From contig NC_042998.1 of NCBI RefSeq assembly GCF_006345805.1, positions 118,296,001-118,360,000 of the forward strand: a stretch of DNA of 64,000 bases, in the 5' to 3' direction. Numbering within the stretch: position 1 is the stretch's first letter; the number at the start of each line of letters is the position of its first letter. This DNA is from Octopus sinensis. Taxonomy: Eukaryota. The position numbers and the translations under genes are program-made. The notes under the pieces were generated by a model that saw only the letters and a program-made list of their open reading frames with translations, was not told the origin of the DNA and did not search any database. Of the stretch, positions 28,933-41,730 are shown piece after piece.

Positions 28933-31900
28933 GGTTTGTAGATGATGTACAGGTATTATATATTAGAAGAAATGAGTTTAATTTGAAGACTCCACTAGAA
29001 TGGACGAAAGCGCTATTATATGATATAAGCATTATGCAATGGATGATAGAAATATAGCGGATGATATAACGAATATCAGGAATAAGCTATATAAAACAAT
29101 TATCTTTCGTCCAAACCAATATTTTCATGCTCTTCCTGCACAGGAAAGATATGGCAATCCTAATACTTCCATGATTCCTAAATTCTAAAAATATTTCATA
29201 TCTTCATAATTTATCTATCATACTTATAATTCATACTTATAATATATCTATCATACTTATAATTATGGTTGACTGTCTCTTAACGCAGCCACTGACATGC
29301 TGTCGGTGCGTCTGAAATAAGTTTTACAAAAGAGAGCCGGTATAAGTTGGTGATTAGCATGTTTGCTTTGAAAACCATGTTTGCTTTAATCCAGCTTCGA
29401 TCGCATTGCGGGACACGTCCAGGTTGTAATTGTCGATTAAAAGAACAAGAAGTATTTGGTTTATTAAGACAGTTGTTTTCGATGTTATTTTTCCAGAGTT
29501 ACGGCCATTACTTTCACAAGCTCGTTCTCAAGAAGGCATTAAACTATTAATTCATGTCTCGAATACGGATGGCCAATTCAGATACGAAATGTATAGATGG
29601 ATAAATAATTATGATTACGTTTTCATTTTTTTCTAGATTTTTCAAATTGTAAAGGTACTTTATGGTCACCTTGTACTATCCAGTTACCAACAATTTTTCA
29701 CCGAGACTTTCTGTATAAATTTCTGTACAAATTTAATGTCACTACATTGATGTTGTTGTTTGTAAGAGGAATTAGTCAAATGTTTCCATCAGGTCTCTGC
29801 TATTAGTTAACTTGATACATTAGGCTCTCATTCCACTGTAAATATCGATGTGTAGTTATTCTTCTTCTTTGCTTCCGCCAGTTACAGAGGACGTGCAAAT
29901 TATCGTGTAAAGTACTTGGTCAATTGACTGACTTTGACAACTTTAGTACTCATTTTGATTTTGAAAATTGGAAAAATTATTGATAGGAAAATTTTATTTC
30001 TAAATACACATTTATTTAATAAATTTCTGAACAAAATTTTCTTGTATGGGTCGAATATTAGTTTAGTAGTCATATGTTAGTTAATACCAGTCGTGGTTTC
30101 TAAAATACATAGACACTAAAAACGTATAAATCTATTAGAGACATAGGAGTGGCTAAGACAACAACTCCACTGATATTCGCTTTCGTTACTTAGAAAATAT
30201 TCATCAGATGCCATTCAAATGTACAGTGTCATACGAAACAGATTTTCAAGAAAAGTATTTATGACAGAACAATACTTTTGTAGAATATGGTCTGCGATTC
30301 ATAACCTAATTCTTCATAATACGAGAATACATTCGTTCTTTTTCTATTAAATCCAGATCAGGTCTGACTGAGGGCTGGGATTAAATGAGTCTCCAGTTTG
30401 TTTTTCAAATACTATTTCTTCAATCGATAGAGTACATTTCCCAATACGTGTTCTACGTTTCTGAAGAGTGTTTGGTATGCTTTGTTGGAAACTTTAGTTC
30501 ATTTTCTAACATGTAAAGTGATTGCGTAAAGACTGACACCATGACGTGTGTATGACTATTTTCCTACTGAATTTATAAAGTAATCCAGTTCTCATCGAGA
30601 AATTGTTGGGGTTCCAAACATGACTCTTTCGACATTTTACACGACAGACAGTATGCCTTTCTTGCTCTCAAGACAATAGGGTGTGATTTTGAAATGAAGT
30701 TTGCTTTTTCTTGCCAATCAACATATGTATATAGCTTTTCTCCATGACGAAGCGTTAAGTACGGTGACAGGATAACCTCCATGTGATTGTCAATAGAAAT
30801 AGTATCATAAAAGAATATATAGAACATTCTATATTTCAGAAATCATTCATTTCTCGGGAATAATTTTTTCTAGAGAAACAAATTTCTGTTATGCTATACT
30901 GCCATTTCAATCATTCTGCCTAGTCTCTTCGTATATTTCAATATGTATGCATTATCATTATAATTAATCAGATCAATTTAGCATAAATATGTACTTATTT
31001 GGTCGCTTTTATATAGATATCTTTCTTGGAGTATGAAACGCCTAATATAATATATATACTATCTTGATCATTATCATAACAGGTAGGTCTATCGCATAAA
31101 ATTCAACAAATTATCTTAAATACGAAGCACTTTCAAAATAATAGACGGAAATATAGAAAATTTGTACAATCATATCATATTACTGATTGATATTTTATCG
31201 GATAATACGGTGTGTTTAGCAACATATTTTTCATAGATATCTTCTTCCACAACCTAATGAGATCTTCAATATCCATTTCATGAATAGTTTTTTGTATTAT
31301 ATAACATTTATTTATGCCTGTGTAAGTGTACATGGGTATGTATGTGCGTGTGTGTTCAGATATGTAAATATTCTAATATACATAAACGCATATATATATA
31401 TATATATTATATATATATGTGTGTATGTGTGCCTTTATGCAAGTATATATATATATATATATATGTATGTGTATATATATATACAGAGAGAGAGAGAGAG
31501 GGTGAGAGAGATAGTGAGAGAGAAGGAGAGAGAGAAAGAGATAGATGAATATGTATCTATATATGGTTATATTGCCTGACTCTCGCATGTATGTATATGC
31601 ATCTGTATACACGCGTACAGGCATGTATACATACATATATATCTATAAATGTACATAGTGATATGTGTTTATAAATTTCTATATTACAAACGTACACTTG
31701 ACCATACTATCCCTTCCCCTCACTCACGTAGCCCACCCTCACACATACATACACATTTATGCACACACTGAAAGACATTTTATCACTACTCTACATGGTA
31801 ACACTAGTAAATATCATTAACCAATTGAAAATATTTCGATATTTGTATCCTCATTTTATTCCCAGACAATATTTTAAGATACCAATTTTGCCCGCTGTGT

Positions 31901-32317
31901 TATAATCAATATTGAATATTTTCCACCGTTGTTTTGTTGTGAAAATTACTCATTTTATTAATATTACATCTTATAAATCATATCACTGTGATTAAGTAGA
32001 ATGAAGTAAGAATATTCCATTTTATTGTAAAATTTCCTTTTCTTTTCGAACAGTTCTTTTATCCAGAAGAACAAGATTATGCCCCTAACAACCTGTGGAA
32101 CCCGTTACTGAGAAAAAGAATGGAGGTTTTCTGCAGGCCAGAACCATAATCCGAATGCAGCTCATCCAACTAGTTGTACTATTTTTAACCCCAGCGCCGA
32201 AGATGGTGTTAGGTTGAGTGACAACTGTTACCAACCCAAAACAGAATGATGGACAGGGTTTCTAGCGATTATATGAGTATACAACCTTAATTTCATACTT
32301 GGTGCAATGCAAGCGTG

Positions 32318-32357
<40 letters not shown>

Positions 32358-32429
32358 TACATATATATATACACATATATATATATATATACATATATAT
32401 ACATATATATATATATATACATATATACG

Positions 32430-32488
<59 letters not shown>

Positions 32489-34880
32489 ATCTATACAATT
32501 AATATCATCATATGCAAAAATAAGTCGTATTTACACAAGCGATTGTGTATTAAAGAAACATTATCAGGAACAACTTAAATTACTCTAAGCTTTTGCCAAT
32601 TTCTTTACCTTGATACATCTACTCCTTTGGTAAACTTGCATAGAAACGGGTAATACGTGTCTTTTCTTTCTTATAGTCTCTGGTGATGCTCAAATGTTAT
32701 CTAAATGAATATAGATGTAAATCTAAAAGAAATTATTCAGACGAATTTTGAAACAATGCGCTTTACTGCACTCCCGTGAATTCACAATTATATTTCGAAA
32801 CAAGAGGTTCATTGTTAGTTGGTTTGCTCGATTTTCTTAAACATTGGTCGTGTATATCTCACCTGGAATTTCAGAAGATAAGCACATACCAAGTTTAGAT
32901 GAAAATATAACGAAATATTACATTGCTGTACTACGTATTCTCAAATGCGAAGAAACACCTGCAAGGGTTTTGAGATGCGCTTTCTATTTAGTTTGAAATT
33001 TGACATATTTTGCATTCATTACTTTCATTTTCTTCGTGTTCGCGAAGTTATATTTAGCACAGCATTTCTCTACTTCCTGTTATATAAGCACAAAGACGTA
33101 CCACCACTTTTCCTCAGAGAAAATGAAAATATACTACAACTTACATCTATGTTTCAAGTAACTCCAGAGTTGTTCTTCAACTTAAATATTTTTCAAGATA
33201 AGTGTAAATTCAGCTGGGCCTTTCTTTCATATTTGTCTCTGTAATGCATCAATTTATTCATACAGCATTATTGTTTTCTTTGCAATATAATTTTACCACA
33301 CGTCCAAAAATACATACACATAATGTTATAGTCATTAAATATTGTTTCGTCTTTATAACTCTATATAACGCATCATTTGGATTTATATGTTTAAGAACAG
33401 TCGACCTAGTGTTATATATCATATGATATGTGCTTTCTGAGTGACAAAATATAACATTATTGCCTTCCATATTATAAACAATTTATTACGATCCACACTG
33501 TAACTTCATACAATACAGTTATTAAGATTAGTAGTATTCAGTGTTCACTGAAACAGTTCACCTTTTTTATGCAAAACATGATTTTTTACAATTTGAAATT
33601 AACTGACCTTATAAAGTTTTCATCATGCACGATAGCAAATTTAAGACGACGGTCGAAAATGGTAAATAGCTGCAAGTCACAATTTTAGCTCCAGTTTATT
33701 TATAGCATGTCGGTAACAATCGCGCATGAACCCTCAGAAGCATAAGATGCCAATGGTACATGTCATAATATATTTTCCGTGAACTTTGTATTGTATATGA
33801 AATATATCAAATAATGGTATCATTGCTTTTGTATCCTATTTTAATTTTATATACTTCTTTACAGTTTCGTCTGACAACTTGGTTTATAATTATTGTCACA
33901 ATTCATTTTGTTACAGTTTATTAAGATTAGCCAGATTTATAATTAGCTTCCCTACACTTTATGAGTTCATGTATTGAATTTCTTTTTCTATAAGTTTCTA
34001 CTTCAGAGCAAAGCATTATTAATACACCTTCCGCATTTTTGCTGGACTTGTAATAACGCTAAAAAAGAGCCGGGAAGAGAGTTGTACTTTGAAATGAATG
34101 TTGAAATAGTTATATTAAAGCTTTCAGTTTACGAATGAGTCATGGAGTAAAACATGCTAATGAAAGTAAACTTCAAAGAAATATTCATAACAAGTGATTT
34201 CAACATTAAGTTAGCAGTTTTATCAAACAGAGTACATATCCTTGAATGTGAACCACACATTCTCTATTCTTTAAAGTAATATTCAAGATTTTGGATGTTC
34301 CCTTTCAAAGCGAAATATTTCAATAATATATGTTCACATATAAGTTATATGATTGTTGAATATTATAGATAAAACACATTCAATATGGTAACTTTCAAAT
34401 TGATCATTCACTGATATATTCTGATTTGGTAGAACTGGAGACATCACATATCAACAATTGTGAAGCTACACTTTAAATACTTCAGCAATAATATGATATA
34501 CAAATCTGGTGATATCAACGGTGTTCCTTATATATATAAAAGCATGCATATTATAACAATTTGCTTGCTGAAAAGCCCATGTCAATCATCTACGATAAAA
34601 TCGGTAACATTCACTTCTGTGACATTTAGATTATAAGCCATTATTATTCCAGATACTTTGCCATCGGGGGTTATATCACGAAAACGATATACATAGCATG
34701 ACCAGAAGTTTCCAACACGGGTTCAAGTATGTAGAAATATTTCTATTACGATAACTGGCAATCTAACAATTACAAGCTTGAGCATGTCGTTCGTCTTTAG
34801 TCTTTACTGCTTGGTAATTGTTATATACATACACACATACATATATATACATAAATACATGCATATGTATGTATATATAT

Positions 34881-34914
<34 letters not shown>

Positions 34915-35648
34915 ATATATATATATATAATATATATATATACATATTTATGTGTTTGTTTTGCAAGATTCTTGATGTGAAATCCTGTGTTGAAACAGAT
35001 GTTGTATTTAGGAATGGACATTTTGCCAATTTAACCAATAAAAACACACGCACTATATATTTGGTGTTAATATGCTTCAGCGTTGTTTATTTTTTACATT
35101 AATCTTAATCTTATTTCGGCCAGAGTTCTTTCGTAACACTTCTGTGACCTCATCAGTGGTCCTTTGCTTTCTTCTTTCTTATTTGTGTGTCTCGCCTTAC
35201 TAACGGTCAGCCATTTGGTATTTTGTATTTCTATTGTCTGTGTCTTCATGTGCGCACGCGTATACCTTTATGTGTGTCTATGTTTAGTTAGTGTGTATGA
35301 GGATGGAAGTGACTTTAATATTTGCATCTCATATAAGCAAAGCGAATAACCAAGTTTTTTAGCCCAGATCTGGCAGTCTTATAAATGAAAGTATGTTGGG
35401 GATTATAAGACTCAGAATTCGCTGTGGTCGTTTCTGTTTTATATACGTGTCTACGTGTTCTCTATAAGACAAGAAAGTGATGTTCAAGCCTTTGTCATTG
35501 ATACAAAGATTATATATATAGAGTATCATAACAGGCGTTTATCAATATATTGTCTTAAAAAAAGTACACTAAAATGATGGTTCACGATAGTAATAACTTT
35601 TGCTATAGAGAGAAGTGTGCAATGTAAAAGACAATACCATAACAAAGA

Positions 35649-35719
<71 letters not shown>

Positions 35720-35727
<8 letters not shown>

Positions 35728-36180
35728 TGAGAATGTGTGTCTGTCTGTCTGTCTGTGTGTTTTCCTAAAACTTGAGAACTACACAACCAATTTCCTTCAA
35801 ACTTTACACATGCCTTACTTAGGATCCGGGGAGTGTCATCGGCAAAACAAATGTTTAACTTTTTAACTTTTTGCCTAGGGCGAGCCCACATCAATATCAT
35901 ATCTTCTCCACTACGATTCCCTAAAACCTGAGAACTGAACAACCAATTTCATTCACATTTTACACATGCCTTACTTAGGATCCATGTAGTTTCATGGGAA
36001 AAAAAGTTCAACTTCTTGCCTAGAGCGAGCCCATAGCAATATCATATCTTCTCCACTATTTCAGTATTACGTGTTAAAAGTGAAACAAAAGCATTTCTCT
36101 ATTTTATGTCAGATACTTTCACTTTAACAATAAAAATAATAATAACAATTGAATTATATTTAGTAAGTAATAATTAAATC
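35720..36180 (+). mobile_element. Helentron/HINE-like element, 5' portion with an internal ~150-bp direct repeat
   Basis: TATAAAACTGAGAATGTGTGTCTGTC head. Repeat units at 35764-35913 and 35920-36058. No 3' terminal hairpin nearby. Confidence 0.55.
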
Positions 36181-36299
36181 AAACTAAAGTATAATATAAT
36201 CGTAACATAAAAAAAATTAAAATAGCAATTGGTATAAAATTGCATCAATGAGTTGAACTTAAATAAGTGGTTTCACATGAATGGAAATAAATAAAAAAT

Positions 36300-36421
36300 A
36301 AAATTAGCGTGCAGAAATGGAATAGTCCTGATGGATAATAAAAAATTAAATTAAAGAAAAGACTATTGTCTATAAAGTATACAATGTAGAGAAAAAAGAA
36401 GATTTGAACAGATGGAGGAAA
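36300..36421 (+). pseudogene. Relic Tx1-like ORF1, left half (interrupted by the array)
   Basis: Reads KEKTIVYKVYNVEKK, then RFEQMEE after a frameshift. Aligns with B ORF1 KKRIIYKTYDTTKKMIQKIEE. Confidence 0.6.
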
Positions 36422-38180
36422 TTTACCCAGTGTGTTGTTATCTGTGATTAGACGTTGAAATTTTGTTGTGTAAAGTGATTAATATCGCGCGAGGCATTTG
36501 CCTCCACGTTTGGAAACCTTCTGAAGAAGGTGAATTGACCCTCTAGTCATGGCGACTTACGCGGGGGTCACGGGAAAGAATAATAATGATTCGGCAATAA
36601 TCGTGAAGGATGTTTTCTTTGAGAAAAGTAAAATCAAAGAATGAAAAGCTATTCAAAAGGGAGGGTGATAGCGTGAAGCTAATCCCCCCCGCGAAAGCAA
36701 AGGAGGACAAGGAAAACAAAACTGTAACGTATAGAACCCAGGACAAAAGTACAAAGAAACTGGCAAGAGTGGAGATAGCAGAGATCGAAAAATGTCTGGG
36801 AGACATAATGGATAAATCGACCTACGTGAGTAGAGGAAAAAAATTTGGTACGGTGGAGGTGAGATGTGCAACGGAAGAAATTGCAGCCTCACTGGCTACC
36901 ACTGTTCTAAGAGCGGAAACATTTATAATGTGGCCCTCATACAAGGGAAGAAGAGGGGTCCGGGTTAAAATCCCGAATATACCCCCAGAAGTAAAAACAG
37001 AATGGCTGGCAACAGCTATTCTAGGAGCAGCAGAAGAGGAAGTGGAGGTGGAATCCTTTAAGGAGTCCAACGCAGTAAATTGGAGAGGATATGGGGTAGA
37101 ACTGTGTTTGATGGCCACAAAAGAGGACATTGAAAGGTTCCCCTATAGAATAGAAATCGAAGACGAGAAAACCCTCAGTGTAATTGTAGAGGGAAGAAAG
37201 CCAAACTGCTACTTGTGCGGGACAAGGGGGCACATTAAAAAAGAGTGCCCGTTATATGAATTCATGGCGGAGTATGAGAAGGAAAATGAAGAAAAAAGAA
37301 TACGGTAAATGAAAAGAAAACATAGAAAAGGAGACAAAACAACAAGAGAAAGGAAATAATAAGTCAACGAAGGAAAGAAATAAAAGAAAAGAAAGAAATA
37401 GAACCAAAACAGAGTCAGGAAAAGAAAAAGGAAAAAGAAACAACAGGAAAAAAACAAGAGAGAGAACAGAACCAAACGAAAAGAAAAGACGGCACACAAA
37501 AAGAAAAAGAAAGGAACATAAAACACGAGAGAAAGAGAGAACAGACAAGAACCAAAAAGACAAGAGAAGGAAGAAGAAAGAAAAGAAGGCAAAAAGAGAG
37601 AAAGAGAGAAACAAAGAGAGGAGAACAAGGAAGAAATAAGCCCGAAAAGAAAAACGAGAGAAAACGTAGGACGGAACAAGATTACTACAAGTTAATAACC
37701 TTCCATTTCAGCCCCGAAATGAAGGAATTGACATGTAGTATGGAGGGACATGTGTGGGTCAACAGGATGACTGATCAGTGGCAGGAGACTGCTCTGATCC
37801 CCAAGAAAGAGTCGCTGAGTTCCTCAGAGCAGCTGGAGAGAGTGTAATTTTTTACACGGTGTTCGAGTGAAAGAGCGGCTGCCTGAGGGCTCAGTGATTG
37901 ACTTTAGAGACTTGAAAAGTATTATGGAATACGTGTGAGATTGTGAGAGGAGAGAGAAAAAGAAGAGAAAAAAGAAAAAAAAAATTGTGAACTATAGGTG
38001 ACGAAAATGTAACCTCTCGATTCCGGGGATCGAGTGGGCATTTGCATCTCATTGTAAATATTCTTTCATTTGTCATTTTATTTTTATTTTTTCCCTTCTT
38101 GTCATTTCGCTTTCTTATTTTAAGTTCCCCGATTGTATTGTCCCCTCTATGTTCGCCCCTTGTGGGTAGTAATAAAATCA
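36422..38180 (+). mobile_element. ORF1-only element, family A'
   Basis: About 125-nt 5' UTR, CCHC ORF1, 3' UTR and shared tail. No ORF2. Confidence 0.85.
36549..37938 (+). CDS. Tx1-type ORF1 (gag-like, CCHC knuckle, K/E-rich linker), frameshifted as assembled
   Basis: Starts ATGGCGACTTAC (MATYAGV). Knuckle CYLCGTRGHIKKEC at 37207-37248. C-terminus ...IMEYV* is homologous to family A. Confidence 0.75.
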
Positions 38181-38191
38181 GATGGAGGAAA

Positions 38192-39866
38192 TTTACCCAA
38201 GTGTGTTGTGAGTTATTTTTGCATGTGAAACTTTGGAAAAAAACTGTTAAAAAAATTGTCAAAAATTGAATCGCGCGAGGCGTTTGCCGCTGCGTGTTTG
38301 AACCTTTTATAGAAGGTGTGTCGACCCTCAAGTCATGGAGACTTACGCGGGTCGCCACAACAAAAGTGACGAGTCACTTAGAATAAACGAAGTGTTCTTT
38401 AGAAAAGAACAATTGAGGAATACGAGAAGTTCGTCAAAAGGGAGGGTGACAGCGTGAAGCTGGTCCCGCCTGTGGAAACAAAGAAGAAAAAAATAACAAG
38501 ACGATAACGTATAGAACGCAAGATAGAAACACTAGAAAAACTGGTGAGAGTGACGATTGAAGAAATAGAGAAATGTCTGGGGGACATCATGAAAAAAGCG
38601 ACTTTTGTAGACAGAGGAAAGAAATATGGTACGGTGGAGGTGAGATGCGCAACAAAGGAATGGCGGCCTCATTGGCTTCCACTGTCCTGAAAGCGGAAAA
38701 TTTCACCATGTGGCCGACATATAAAGGAAGACGAGGGGTACGGGTAAGAGTCCCAAAGGTGCCCCCAAATATTAAAACAGAAATGCTGGTAACAGCCATT
38801 ATTGGGGCAGCAAAAGAGGAAGTAGAAATAGGGTCAATTAAGGAGACGAACGTTAAATTGGAAGGGATTCGGAGTCGAGTTGTGGCTGATGGCCACAATT
38901 GAAGACATCGAAAGATTCCCTTCCAAATAGAAATAGAAAACGAAAAAACAATTAGTGTAATAGTGGAAGGCAGAAACCGAATGCTACTGTGCGGCTCAAG
39001 AGGGCACATAAAAAAGGAATGTCCGCTGTATGAATTCACAGCGGAGCAAAAAGAGACACAAAGTGGAGAGAAGGAAAACGAACACGAAGGAAAGAACAGC
39101 AAAAACAAGGAAAAGGAAATAAAATAACGGAGAAACAACAGAGAAGGGAAGTAACAGCGCACTGAAGGAAAATGAAAACAAAGGGAAGAAGATAGTAGAA
39201 AAGGAGAAAAATTCACAGGGTGCAGAAGTAGAGGAGAAGGAGCCAAGGCAGAAGCAAGAGAAAGAAAAGGAAAGTACATTAAAGGAAAGAGAAAAAGCAG
39301 GAAAAGAACAAGAGAAGGAACAGAACCAAGAGAAAGGAAAAGATGGTATGCAAAAAGGAAAAGAAACAACAGGAAAGGAACTTAAGGCACAGGGTAGAGA
39401 GACGGCAGACAAAGAGCCAAAAAGACAAGAGAAGGAAAAAGAAAGAAGAGAAAGCAAAAAGAGAGAAAGAGAGAAACCGAGGGAGGAGAAAAAAGAGGAA
39501 GTAAGTCCTAAGAGAAAAACTAGAGAAAACGCAGGTACGAATAGAAAATTCAAATACTATGGAACGTTGATCCATCACAAGCACTGTGAGGAGATGGAAA
39601 ATTTAATAAGCGAAACAAACGGATATACGTGGGTCAGGATGGGCACCGAATGGAAAGAAACAGGTGCACTCGTCCACGAGAACGACGCCGAGGCGTTCAT
39701 CGAGGCAGCTGGCGAGAACGTGTTAAAACATATGAAATGCCGACTTCCAAGGTGGCCTCGAACGATGGAAATTTACTCAGATTTGGTAGACATAATGGAG
39801 AGTATATAAAAGAAAAGGTATTGTGAAAACTTTAATTTGGAAATGAAAAAAAAACTTTAAATTCGG

Positions 39867-39898
<32 letters not shown>

Positions 39899-40120
39899 AA
39901 TGTTGAACTTTGTAAACTTTTTGAAATGTATGTTGAAAATGTATAAAATGTTTATTTGAAAAATATTGTTGACGAATGAAAATAATGACGAAATGTAACC
40001 GCTCGATTACGGGGATCGAGTGGGCATTGCACCACATTGTACAAACTTCATAATTCATTATTCATTTTCCCGATTGTATTGTCCCATCTATGTAGCCCCT
40101 AGTGGGTATATAAAAAAACA
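38192..40120 (+). mobile_element. ORF1-only element, family A, copy 1
   Basis: Near-identical to 45352-47290 and 47302-49250. No ORF2. Confidence 0.9.
38335..39809 (+). CDS. Family A ORF1, frameshifted as assembled
   Basis: METYAG start, MWPTYKGRRGVRVRVPKVPP core, zinc knuckle, K/E tract, and C-terminal GYTWVRMGTEW domain. Confidence 0.7.
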
Positions 40121-40346
40121 AGTGGAGGAAATTTTTTGCGTTATTAGTAAGTTGATATATATTTTTGCTCTCGTACTATTATCTCTGTTATTATATACTG
40201 TTGGTCTACCTGTTTTTGTCTATTGTTGTCTAACGGACGAAGTCAGCCTTCGCGCGAAGACTTCGCGTTGGTGTTCCCCCCTCAGTGGGGGAAAACTACA
40301 ATTAATTTGGATTTACCAAAGGCTTGTTATAAGCCATTTGTTCAAG

Positions 40347-41717
40347 ATGGAGTCCCCCATCACTTATTCGCCCGTGACGAGCGAGGATGAATACCCGGCG
40401 TTGTCGCCAAGTAAAAAAGAGGCGTTGTCGCCAAGAAAAAAAGAGGCGCTGTCGCCGAAGAAAAAAGAGGCGGCGTCGCCCAAGAAAATGGAAAAACCAG
40501 TACCAGCATCAACTCCAGCAAAAAAATTCGCTGAAGTGGCTGGGAAAAAGATAAAAAAAATAAATATAGACAATTTTAAAAAATTTGCAGACTGTGTAAA
40601 AAAAGAAGGCACAGAAGTGACTGTGGCCACAAACATACAAATACATGACGATATAGAGAAAAAAAGAATAATATATAAAACTTACGACACAACGAAAAAA
40701 ATGATCCAAAAAATCGAAGAAAAAAAAATAGAGTCTTGTCTAAAACGTTTATGGACAAAATAACGTATATAAACAGAGGAAAAAGATACGGCACAGTGGA
40801 GGTGCATTTACTACGGAGGAGATAGCGAAAAGAAACTATCGATGGAGCAATCAAAGCGGAAAACATGTCTTACTACCATTGTATAAAGAAAAAGGACGTC
40901 GAAAATTTCGATGAACAACATTCCGCCAGAGGCAGATGCTAATGTCTGGTGGCAGCAGTGATGGTAGGTCTGGAGGAAAAAATAAACATCCTCCAGGCCA
41001 CAGTGGAGGAAGAGGATTTTGGAAAGGCCAAAAAATAGTGATAGCCATTCAGGCGGAGGTGCAAACACTGGAAGAAATTCCAGAAACGGTAAAGATTAGT
41101 GAAGACGAGAAAATAACAGTGTTCGTGGAGGGCAGGAAACCGAGGTGCTTCGGCTGCGGCAAGAAGGGGCATGTAAGGGCGGAATGCCAACCCCAACCCA
41201 AACCGCAGGAAGCACCTAAGCCAAAAGAAAAAGAAGACAATGTGTCACCAGAAGCAGCGTCAGACGGCCCAGAAGGGAAGACTGAAGGTGTGGAGGTGAC
41301 GGTGACAGCAGAACCAGCGGCGGAAAAAAAAAAGAGCGAGGAAAAGATAAATGAGGAGGGGTGGGAAAAAATTATCGGAAAAAAAAAAAGAAAAACGGAA
41401 ACCACCCCTCCCAGAGTAATTTTAAAAAAGAAAAAAGAGTCAATGAACTCATATATGGCCGTAAAGGCAGCAAATAGCAGACTCGGAAACGTGTTGGCAG
41501 CCATGGCCAAAGTGGAGAAAGTAGAGAAAAAAAACGACTTTGTAATTTACAGAATAGGCCGGAAGGATTACGGGCGGATAAAGTCAGAATTCTTCCATGA
41601 CGTAGGCCCACTTAGATTGGATGTGACATCTCCACATATATTCGAGGGCCTACGTCAACTCCCCCACGAGGCCCAGAAAAAGAGTTAGAAGAACAAGAGA
41701 GAAAACCGAACCACTGA
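40347..41717 (+). CDS. Family B ORF1, frameshifted as assembled
   Basis: MESPITYSP start, SPxKKEA repeats, RGKRYGTVEV core, knuckle CFGCGKKGHVRAEC. The exact stop (41688 or 41717) depends on unresolved indels. Confidence 0.75.
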
Positions 41718-41730
41718 TATAAGGTAAGTA

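Noticed and set aside
30330-30830. Moderately GC-rich unique stretch with an 84-aa minus-strand ORF
   Set aside because: No recognisable domain, no convincing splice sites, and stops in all frames nearby.
35105-35160. Hammerhead-like core on the minus strand (CTGATGAG...GGCCGAAA)
   Set aside because: Stem II is present but there is no complementary stem I. Similar decayed cores near 3165 and 62260 also lack key bases.
36380-36421. Target being a U2 snRNA, 5S, tRNA, rDNA or telomeric repeat, as for known site-specific elements
   Set aside because: The flanks resemble none of these and instead translate as an ORF1 relic.
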